62,242 bases of DNA from Gammaproteobacteria bacterium (GTDB taxonomy: Bacteria > Pseudomonadota > Gammaproteobacteria > UBA1113), in assembly GCA_020051015.1 (NCBI GenBank), contig JAGVJQ010000020.1, forward strand, positions 1 to 62,242, written 5' to 3'. Both the position numbers and the translations under genes were made by a program. The notes beneath the pieces were generated by a model, which was not told where the DNA came from, searched no databases, and saw nothing but the letters and a program-made list of their open reading frames with translations. This document shows, piece after piece, positions 1-7,413 of the stretch. Each line of letters opens with the position of its first letter. Positions within the stretch are counted from its first letter, which is position 1.

Positions 1-1068
1 ACGCAAATCACGAAAATAACGTTCAATGGGATAATCGCGCAAATAACCATAACCGCCAAATAATTGCAGCGCATCATTACAAATATAAAATCCAGCATCA
101 GTGGCAAAACGTTTTGCCATCGCGCAATACATAGCCGCTTCAGGATGTTTATTATCAATTGACGCCGCACCGCGATGCACCATTAACCGTGCTGCTTCTA
201 ATTGCGTTGCCATGTCAGCAAATTTAAATTGAATCGATTGAAAGTCTTGTAAATGCTGGCCAAATTGACTGCGTTCATGCAAATAGCTACGCGTTTGTTT
301 TAATGCCTCAGCCGCACCACCTAATGAACAAGCTGCAATATTAATACGCCCCCCATTTAAACCTGATAAAGCAATTTTAAATCCTTGCCCTTCTTCGCCC
401 AATCTATTCGCAACTGGTACGCGACAATTTTCAAAATACACCATGGTGGTACATTGGCTATTCCAGCCTAATTTATTTTCTGGTTTGCCAAAACTTAATC
501 CTGGGGTGTCTTTTTCAACAACAATACATGAAATACCTTTGGGCCCTGGCTCGCCGGTACGCACCATGCAGGCATAGACATCGCTGGTCGAACCACCCGA
601 AATAAACGCTTTTGAACCATTTAAAATATAATAATCACCATCGCGTTGCGCGGTGGTTTTTAAGGATGCCGCATCCGAGCCGGAGCTAGGTTCAGTTAAA
701 CAATAACTAGCAAATAAATCCATGCTTAATAAACCAGGCAACCATTTTTGGCGTTGAGCATCATTACCAAAAGAATCAATCATCCAGCTAACCATATTAT
801 GGATTGATAAATAAGCCGAGGTTGACGGACAAGCACGCGCGAGTTCTTCAAAAATAATCGCTGCATCCACACGGCTTAAACCACTGCCACCGGATTCAGG
901 TCGTACATAAATTCCTGCCAATCCTAATTGCGCTAATTTGCGCAGCACTTCAACTGGAAAGATATGCTCCTCATCCCATGTCGCAGCATTAGGGTACATT
1001 TCTTCATTGGCAAACTGACGCACCATGTCTTTAATGGCTTGCTGTTCGTGACTTAACTCAAAATCCAT
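1..1068 (-). CDS. acyl-CoA dehydrogenase (N-terminal ~356 codons; 3' end runs off the window)
   Basis: Absent from the ORF track because there is no stop codon inside the window. My own minus-strand translation from the ATG at 1068-1066 gives [38 protein letters not shown]... and stays open to position 1. This is a typical ACAD N-terminus. Confidence 0.88.
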   Translation of the reverse strand, partial: MDFELSHEQQAIKDMVRQFANEEMYPNAATWDEEHIFPVEVLRKLAQLGLAGIYVRPESGGSGLSRVDAAIIFEELARACPSTSAYLSIHNMVSWMIDSFGNDAQRQKWLPGLLSMDLFASYCLTEPSSGSDAASLKTTAQRDGDYYILNGSKAFISGGSTSDVYACMVRTGEPGPKGISCIVVEKDTPGLSFGKPENKLGWNSQCTTMVYFENCRVPVANRLGEEGQGFKIALSGLNGGRINIAACSLGGAAEALKQTRSYLHERSQFGQHLQDFQSIQFKFADMATQLEAARLMVHRGAASIDNKHPEAAMYCAMAKRFATDAGFYICNDALQLFGGYGYLRDYPIERYFRDLR

Positions 1069-1234
1069 GCCTTGACTCCTAGACGGCTTTTTCGATGTCC
1101 AAAGCATACCGCAAAAGTCATTACTTTAGTAGGGGCCGTATTGTATACATCCATCTCGCCACATCACTAATTTTACCGAAACATTGATGTTGGAAATATT
1201 ATGCAATATTAAAAAGTTATGATGTTTGATAAAT

Positions 1235-1257
1235 GGGCGTATGCAATACGTCCCTAC
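1235..1257. repeat. REP-like hairpin GGGCGTATGCAATACGTCCCTAC (second copy at 58365-58388)
   Basis: Near-identical 23-24 nt motif found twice in the window; GGGCGTA / TACG(T)CCC inverted arms. Confidence 0.5.
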
Positions 1258-1341
1258 GAAAGATCTACTGTACTGAAATCCCCATTAAAATCCTCTAACT
1301 TAAAAAACCCGGCTTCTATATGTACCCATAACCATTATTGA

Positions 1342-1402
1342 ATGGACACATATAAGTGTCCATATTTGACATATATCGGATACTTATATATGATCATATA
1401 AT
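1342..1402 (+). promoter_or_regulatory. putative sigma70 promoter plus operator palindrome upstream of the HTH/Fic operon
   Basis: Inverted repeat ATGGACAC-N6-GTGTCCAT at 1342-1363 abuts TTGACA (1366-1371), a 17-nt spacer and TATGAT (1389-1394). An alternative TATAAT lies at 1397-1402. Confidence 0.4.
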
Positions 1403-1477
1403 GTAAAAAAGATACATATACATACCCTTATATAATAGAGAATTTTATATTTTCTATTATTAATCAAAGAGGTAATC

Positions 1478-1939
1478 ATGAGCCTACGAGTAATTAGACA
1501 AATTGATCGATATTTAGCCCCTTGGTATAAAGTTGTTGATTATTATCAACCGAAACGAGGTTGGGTACAAACTATTCGCAAATCACTAGGTATGACTACA
1601 ACACAGCTCGCGAGTCGCCTTGGTGTATCACGTAGCAGAGTTAAAGCTATTGAACGAACTGAAAAGGAAGACGCTTTAACGTTAAGAACCCTACGTGAAT
1701 GCGCAACTGCGCTTAATTGCACATTCGTTTATGCGTTAGTTCCCAATACTTCATTAGAAGACATGCTAAAACAACAAGCCACCAAAATTGCCACCCAAAT
1801 TTTAAATCAAGTTTCACACTCCATGTCGTTGGAAGATCAAGGCGTCGATAAAAAAGAAGCTCAAGCTCAATTGAATGACATGATAAATGAATTACTCATG
1901 GGAAATTTAAAACACTTATGGGAAGATAAAGATGTATAA
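1478..1939 (+). CDS. XRE-type helix-turn-helix protein, 'mobile mystery protein A'-like putative antitoxin/regulator of the downstream Fic protein
   Basis: HTH segment IRKSLGMTTTQLASRLGVSRSRVKAIE. Its end overlaps the Fic ORF start by 8 nt (1932-1939), and AGAGG precedes the ATG. Confidence 0.8.
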   Translation: MSLRVIRQIDRYLAPWYKVVDYYQPKRGWVQTIRKSLGMTTTQLASRLGVSRSRVKAIERTEKEDALTLRTLRECATALNCTFVYALVPNTSLEDMLKQQATKIATQILNQVSHSMSLEDQGVDKKEAQAQLNDMINELLMGNLKHLWEDKDV

Positions 1940-2522
1940 GCCAATATATTCTGTTGGCGCTACTCCACTTGATCCAGATGAAGTAGAAGGGTTAATTCCC
2001 GATCATATTGAAACTCAAATGGAATTAAATAGCTGGGAACAAGCTAATATTAATGATGCTGAATTGTGGCTACGAAAACATAATTTCACTACATCAAAAA
2101 TATTAACGATTGAGTTTATCACACAACTTCATCGTAAAATGTTTGATAAAACGTGGCGTTGGTCCGGACAATTTAGAAAAAGTAACAAAAATATTGGCGT
2201 CGATAAGTTTCAAATTAACGAAAATCTAAAATTATTACTTGACGATACAACATATCATATCGAACATCAAACTTATCCTATTGACGAAATTGCTGTTCGT
2301 TTCCATCATAGATTAGTCACCATACACTTATTTGCAAATGGCAATGGTCGACACGCGCGGTTAATCACCGATCTATTACTTGTGGCAGAAAATCAAGAAC
2401 GATTTAGTTGGGGAAGCCAAAATCTTTATGGCCAAACTGATGCCCGTACAAAATATCTTAATGCATTACGTTTGGCCGATAAGCATAATTACACATTGTT
2501 ATTGCAGTTTGTGCGTAGTTAA
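1932..2522 (+). CDS. Fic/DOC family protein ('mobile mystery protein B'-like; putative AMPylating toxin)
   Basis: Fic active-site motif HxFxxGNGRxxR is present as HLFANGNGRHAR. Translationally coupled to the upstream HTH gene. Confidence 0.85.
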   Translation: MYKPIYSVGATPLDPDEVEGLIPDHIETQMELNSWEQANINDAELWLRKHNFTTSKILTIEFITQLHRKMFDKTWRWSGQFRKSNKNIGVDKFQINENLKLLLDDTTYHIEHQTYPIDEIAVRFHHRLVTIHLFANGNGRHARLITDLLLVAENQERFSWGSQNLYGQTDARTKYLNALRLADKHNYTLLLQFVRS

Positions 2523-2548
2523 CCAACAATACCCGACAAATTAGCATA

Positions 2549-2730
2549 ATCCTCATTCCAGAACTACTCACTGCATTTTAATCATGTTAGTTTGTATGCG
2601 TAATGAGGGATTAAAACTCGATGATAGTACAATCCCTCATTAGTTGCACAATACGAGCTCTTTTTACGATCCGTTGAAAACTCTAGAAACATGGTTTTTA
2701 CAAATTCATTGTGCAACTAATAAGGGCTAC
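2549..2730 (+). repeat. CCCTCATT-element (family A MITE-like repeat), 5'-truncated/diverged copy
   Basis: Shares ...GTATGCGTAATGAGGGAT... and the 3' end TTCATTGTGCAACTAATAAGGGCTAC with the full-length copy at 6274-6447. Confidence 0.7.
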
Positions 2731-2775
2731 GAGGCTATGCGAACTATCTGATACCGTGCAGAACAAATGAGGATA

Positions 2776-3423
2776 TTACGGACCGCCCCTACAATTACGT
2801 AACGCCGATTTATCGCTAGCCAGTGACCCTGAACCACTAGAAGGCAATGGGGATTGTGCTGTAAATCCAATTTGACTAGCAACTGTACCTGATGAACCGC
2901 TTACGGGTTGTTTTCTCCAACCACCCACGTCAGATGCTTGCAACTCAGGTATTTCGGCTATCGGGGCCCCCTCAACGGGAGCTTTGCCCTTCCCAACCCC
3001 CTCGAGTGTTGCGTTAACTGCATTATTTAAAGTCGTAATAAGCTCCAATGGTTGTTTTGTTTGTTTTGCTTTATACAATGCATAGTTTAATCTACCTTTA
3101 TCATGGGTGTTCTGTTGTGGATTCGTAACAAAATAGGCGGCGATAGCATAAACACAATCCCAATGACATAGCTCACTAGCAAGCTGCGCAGCAGTTTTGC
3201 CATCCATGGTAGTTTCACCAATGTCAAAGTTATATTTGAGCAAAAGCTCATTGAGTAACCCTGAGCGATTTGCTTTTACGGCCCAAATCAAGCCAATAAC
3301 GCCAAATCCCAACGGTTTCTGAATGTCCTCGCTAGGGGCGGGTAATTTCTCAATTATTTCATCATCGGTAATCGACGAATTTTTCAGATCCGCTTCAAAT
3401 TCAAGTAAATTATCATATATCAT
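2776..3423 (-). CDS. short paralog of the adjacent ankyrin-repeat protein (shared N-terminal ~110 aa and C-terminal ~40 aa modules); putative secreted effector
   Basis: N-terminus MIYDNLLEFEADLKNS vs MRYTSFSKFEEDLKNS. C-terminus SGSSGTVASQIGF vs SGSPGTVASQIGW. GAGAGG Shine-Dalgarno 6 nt upstream of the ATG. Confidence 0.7.
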   Translation of the reverse strand: MIYDNLLEFEADLKNSSITDDEIIEKLPAPSEDIQKPLGFGVIGLIWAVKANRSGLLNELLLKYNFDIGETTMDGKTAAQLASELCHWDCVYAIAAYFVTNPQQNTHDKGRLNYALYKAKQTKQPLELITTLNNAVNATLEGVGKGKAPVEGAPIAEIPELQASDVGGWRKQPVSGSSGTVASQIGFTAQSPLPSSGSGSLASDKSALRNCRGGP

Positions 3424-3471
3424 AAGAACCTCTCATTTTATTTTTGATCTATACCTATCGTAATTGCTATG

Positions 3472-6096
3472 CTACCTCAATCCATTTAGTGATAATGGAT
3501 TACCAAGGGTTGCGGTACCTCCTATATTGGATTGCGGTGATGGAGAACGCATCCATCCAATTTGACTGGCAACAGTACCCGGTGAGCCGCTGGGCGTTTG
3601 TCCTTTCCAACATGGTAATTCGTCCGATGAATCCACCACTGCTTGTTGGCAAGAGTCCCCAGCACTTTGTGCCGGGCTACATGCTGGTAAAGAATTGTTA
3701 CCACCATCAACATGTGACAATTCAAGAAAAGGTTGCGGTATTGGTATTAATGGCGCTTGTTGAGCAAATTGATGTTGTGCCATTTGTAGAAAACTTATTA
3801 ATTGATCCGTAGCTTGAGCTGCCGTTTCTATTAAAGTATGAATAGCAAAACCCCGATTATGCGCTTCAATTGTTACCTCGTTCGGCACCGCCATAGTTAC
3901 CGTACCTTCTTTCATAAATTGCTGCTGTAATATCTTTAAGCCATGTCTAAAATATTGTTCTGCCTCATGCATGGCTTGCCAATCAGCATATAGTGAATTG
4001 TTACCCGGTAATTGGCTAGGTGCTATATCACCACTACCTGCATCAGTTGTTGAACTTGAATCAGCGGTCGATTGAGTAACCGAGTCTGAGCTTGGCAATG
4101 CAGTTGGGGTTATTTCAGAAGCAGTACTTGTTGTAGACGTTGACGTACTTGCATCAGCCAACGATGGATAAAGTGGTGTTGGCATTCCAGTAGCTGTTTC
4201 ACCTGTATCTGTGGTTACTGATGAAGAGCTTACCATAGGCGGCGCACTCGTTGTTGTAGTCGTTACTGTCGTTGCGGGATAGACACTAGGCATAGCGCCA
4301 TAGACATGTCCTGTTGGTACCTGCCACGTGGGCGGTGCTGACGGTTGATGATGCGTTGATTGGGGTATGTTAATACTATCTCGTGTCGCCGTGCCATACA
4401 AACTTTTTGCCCAATTTCTTAGCTGCCAGCTTTCAATTAATTTTCTTAATGGATGATCTTGCAATTTACCATCCTTAAACAACTGCTCTTTCAATAATAA
4501 TTGGTCATTATTACCCAGCAATTCTATTTGTCCAAATATATCCTCTTTTACCGATTCTAAAATTTTGATCAAATCTGCATTTAAAGAAATAAACTCTCTT
4601 GCAAGTAACCTCAATATATTTTTTATTAATATTTTTGCTTGCGCATCCAGGATTGGCTTAGGCTCGACTAAAAACGAACCTTTTGTTTTTGGCAACGCAT
4701 TGATAACTGCAGTTAGGACATCTTTGACAATACGAGATCTTGCTATGTCATATGATTTTTGTTTAAACAATGCAATGCTGTTAACAAGCTTATCCTCATT
4801 ATCTATTTTAATTGCTTCGCTAAATTTTTTGCGATAGTGCTCATGGCTATCGAAAAGATCTCTTATTGTGAATGAACCTAGTTTTGCCAATTGCATAGAG
4901 GATTCTCTCGCGTCATTTTCCTTGGATGTACTGGCACCATGCTCTAATAATAATTTAACTGCTTCTGTATTGTTTAAAGCTACCGCGCTATGTAAAGGCG
5001 TATTACCTTGTTTGTCAGTCACTTCTATATATTGATTAACATTAACTGTTGTGAGTATTTCTTTTAATGAACCATTAATCGTTTTCTCTATAACCCCTTG
5101 TTCTATTAATAAAAACATATCGTCAGGGCGTACTTGATTGCTATGTTTAAAACCAGATAATCGTAAAGACTTGCAAATATCGGGACGTTGACAGCGCAGC
5201 GCTAAAAGAAAGGCCTTTTCTATGGCTTGAAAGTCCTGCGGTGTTGGTTGTTTTAATTGATTAGTTAATAATTTCACTATTTCCCAACGCCCATCTGCTG
5301 CAGCAGCTTCTATCGGATGACGTGTATCGGCTGGATTTAATTTTGCTTGGATTAACAATGTTAACAAAGAAGCTGACTGCCGAGTCGTGGATGGAGCATC
5401 CAAAACTTTACCTAATGCTGCTTTATTGTCTGCAGTTAAGTTAATGCTATTTTTATTAGCCACAATATGTTGTGCTATTAATCTGACACAATACCAATGT
5501 CCTTTCTCAGCAGCTATTTCAATGGGCGTTTTACCCTCGGTCGTTTTTTTAAATAATTCTTGATTTACTTGAGGATGTTTAAGCAAAACAACCATTGTAT
5601 TGGTCGCATCTTTTTCTGCGGCATAGTGGAGCACCCCGGTTTTTGACGCTGGCTCATGCCAATATATTGGTGCACCTGCCTTACACAATTTTTCAATAAA
5701 TACGAATGGTTGTTCTGCTCTGACAGCCAGAAATAAGGCGGAACCTAATCTACATCGATCTCCCGCATTTTGATACCAAGAACTATCGGATTTTACATAT
5801 TCTGCTATCTTTGTTACACAATCCCATTTTCCCTCTAGTGCCGCTTTTTGTGCCGGAGTATGTTCATCGCGCACGCTGTGAGGAGAGCAATATCTTTTTT
5901 TAAGAAGATGAGCAACTATCTGTGAACGATTAGCATCAATAGCCGCAAATAAACCTTTTTTTTGTATTTCTGACCAACAAACAGAAACATGACCTGAGTA
6001 GGGCATCGTTGCATCAATCCATAGTTTTATATCTTCATCTTTGGTTAAACTATTTTTAAGATCTTCCTCAAATTTGGAAAAACTTGTATATCGCAT
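3472..6096 (-). CDS. ankyrin-repeat protein with Ser/Thr/Pro-rich linker; putative type IV-secreted effector
   Basis: Several ANK-like repeats, for example GNTPLHSAVALNNTEAVKLLLEHGAS and GKTPIEIAAEKGHWYCVRLI. Low-complexity T/S/P tract at about aa 590-690. Confidence 0.9.
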   Translation of the reverse strand: MRYTSFSKFEEDLKNSLTKDEDIKLWIDATMPYSGHVSVCWSEIQKKGLFAAIDANRSQIVAHLLKKRYCSPHSVRDEHTPAQKAALEGKWDCVTKIAEYVKSDSSWYQNAGDRCRLGSALFLAVRAEQPFVFIEKLCKAGAPIYWHEPASKTGVLHYAAEKDATNTMVVLLKHPQVNQELFKKTTEGKTPIEIAAEKGHWYCVRLIAQHIVANKNSINLTADNKAALGKVLDAPSTTRQSASLLTLLIQAKLNPADTRHPIEAAAADGRWEIVKLLTNQLKQPTPQDFQAIEKAFLLALRCQRPDICKSLRLSGFKHSNQVRPDDMFLLIEQGVIEKTINGSLKEILTTVNVNQYIEVTDKQGNTPLHSAVALNNTEAVKLLLEHGASTSKENDARESSMQLAKLGSFTIRDLFDSHEHYRKKFSEAIKIDNEDKLVNSIALFKQKSYDIARSRIVKDVLTAVINALPKTKGSFLVEPKPILDAQAKILIKNILRLLAREFISLNADLIKILESVKEDIFGQIELLGNNDQLLLKEQLFKDGKLQDHPLRKLIESWQLRNWAKSLYGTATRDSINIPQSTHHQPSAPPTWQVPTGHVYGAMPSVYPATTVTTTTTSAPPMVSSSSVTTDTGETATGMPTPLYPSLADASTSTSTTSTASEITPTALPSSDSVTQSTADSSSTTDAGSGDIAPSQLPGNNSLYADWQAMHEAEQYFRHGLKILQQQFMKEGTVTMAVPNEVTIEAHNRGFAIHTLIETAAQATDQLISFLQMAQHQFAQQAPLIPIPQPFLELSHVDGGNNSLPACSPAQSAGDSCQQAVVDSSDELPCWKGQTPSGSPGTVASQIGWMRSPSPQSNIGGTATLGNPLSLNGLR

Positions 6097-6151
6097 GTGA
6101 CACCTCTTCTTTGTTGTTTATGATAATCATTATTATTTTCGTTCACTGTAA

Positions 6152-6180
6152 AATTTATAAGCTATTTTTATTGCTGTCAA
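6152..6180 (-). promoter_or_regulatory. putative sigma70 promoter of the ankyrin gene
   Basis: The minus strand reads TTGACA (6180-6175), a 17-nt spacer and TAAATT (6157-6152), about 55 nt upstream of the ATG at 6096. Confidence 0.35.
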
Positions 6181-6273
6181 GACATTTGTTACAATTTAGT
6201 TACAATGGGGTTGTCGCGTGGGATGAAAAATTCGATGTATGGATGTATCCGATACGCTTATGCTGCCAATCTC

Positions 6274-6447
6274 GTAGCCCTCATTAAAGCATGCATGAAT
6301 TATTACAACCCTCATTCCATAACGGCTCATTAAGTTTTAATCATCGTGGTATGCATGCGTAATGAGGGATCAAACCATTTTTATGATTAATTGATAGTTT
6401 AAAAAACCAGGATGTTACGAATTCATCGCGCAACTAATGAGGGCTAC
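6274..6447 (+). repeat. CCCTCATT-element (family A), full-length 174-bp copy with 13-bp terminal inverted repeats GTAGCCCTCATTA / TAATGAGGGCTAC
   Basis: Perfect terminal inverted repeats (TIRs). Internal inverted arms CCCTCATTAAAGCATGCAT / ATGCATGCGTAATGAGGG. Four copies in the window. Confidence 0.8.
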
Positions 6448-6485
6448 CATTTAGATCGTAGCCCAGGTGAAGCTCGGCTACAGAA

Positions 6486-6848
6486 TCAAATAAATTTTTC
6501 TATAATACGATCGGCCCCCATTAAAGGTATGAGCCGAATCAAAGCTTCATCCATTACCCCAGCCTCGGCTTCAGCAATGAATTTGACTTTTCGTTCTTTC
6601 CAGGACAATGTTTGCACGAGATTAGCAGCAACTACGCAGGGTTCATCCAAGTTATTAATCGGTACTTCGGTGATTGCACCGCGGATGCTGGTACTGATTG
6701 GAACACATATCAGCAACCCTAATTGACTATTATATTCTTTTGATGACAATACTAAGGTAGGACGGTATTTACCAATTTCTTTTCCTTTGGTTGGCTCAAA
6801 ATCAAGCCAAACGATATGGTTTCTATCTGGAATATAATGAATTGACAT
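6486..6848 (-). CDS. mazF: MazF/PemK family endoribonuclease toxin
   Basis: Aligns by eye along its whole length to E. coli MazF (YIPDRNHIVWLDFEPTKGKEIGKYRPTLVLS...CVPISTS). TAATG overlap with the upstream antitoxin gene. Confidence 0.9.
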   Translation of the reverse strand: MSIHYIPDRNHIVWLDFEPTKGKEIGKYRPTLVLSSKEYNSQLGLLICVPISTSIRGAITEVPINNLDEPCVVAANLVQTLSWKERKVKFIAEAEAGVMDEALIRLIPLMGADRIIEKFI

Positions 6849-7117
6849 TAACTTTTATCTCCATACTCTGTCACCAACGGATTAGCAATTGCATCCGCAT
6901 GTCCGGTCTTTGGATTTAACCCTTTCAATAGCTGAGCTTCACTAAAAGGCAATTTTATACGTCGTTTTGACTTGGCTTTAGTAATATGCAAACCTTTTTC
7001 AGTTACTTCAATATCCACTTCCGATCCTTCCTTAAAATTTGGGATATCTCGCATCACGCCTGAGACGCGCAAAGCTAACCCATTACCCCATTTTTGTATT
7101 TTTCCATGTACCAACAT
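6848..7117 (-). CDS. mazE: MazE/AbrB (SpoVT) family antitoxin
   Basis: KIQKWGNGLALRVSG matches the MazE/ChpS KRWGNS motif. I prefer the internal ATG at 7117 (GAGG 7 nt upstream) over the track start at 7135. Confidence 0.85.
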   Translation of the reverse strand: MLVHGKIQKWGNGLALRVSGVMRDIPNFKEGSEVDIEVTEKGLHITKAKSKRRIKLPFSEAQLLKGLNPKTGHADAIANPLVTEYGDKS

Positions 7118-7251
7118 TGACGACCTCGCATACATTAATCATTTCCTTAAGTATACACTATGTTGATACAAAATATAGCTTATCTATATTACCAGACAAC
7201 CAATAAAAATTCATTAATTTATAAATAAAAATACCTTTTGTGATTATTGCT

Positions 7252-7364
7252 GTAGCCCTCATTAAAGCATGCACAAATTACCACAGCCCTCATTCCATAA
7301 CAGCTCATTAAGTTTTAATCGTCGTGGTATGCATGCGTAATGAGGGATCAAAACTCTGGGCTAC
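7252..7364 (+). repeat. CCCTCATT-element (family A), short 113-bp copy, same orientation as 6274-6447
   Basis: GTAGCCCTCATTAAAGCATGCA...GCATGCGTAATGAGGGATCAAAAC...GGGCTAC. Confidence 0.8.
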
Positions 7365-7413
7365 CTCGTTTTCCCTCAAATGAAGAGGTAATGGTATAAT
7401 TACTCCACTTTTT

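Noticed and set aside
3444-4837. ORFs 3444-3812(+), 3522-3725(-) and 4565-4837(+) from the six-frame track
   Set aside because: All lie entirely inside, or antisense to, the 874-aa ankyrin ORF. They have odd composition and no ribosome-binding site, so they are shadow ORFs.
6084-6726. ORFs 6084-6287(+) and 6412-6726(+)
   Set aside because: The first covers the promoter region of the ankyrin gene. The second runs through the family A repeat and antisense to mazF. Neither has coding support.
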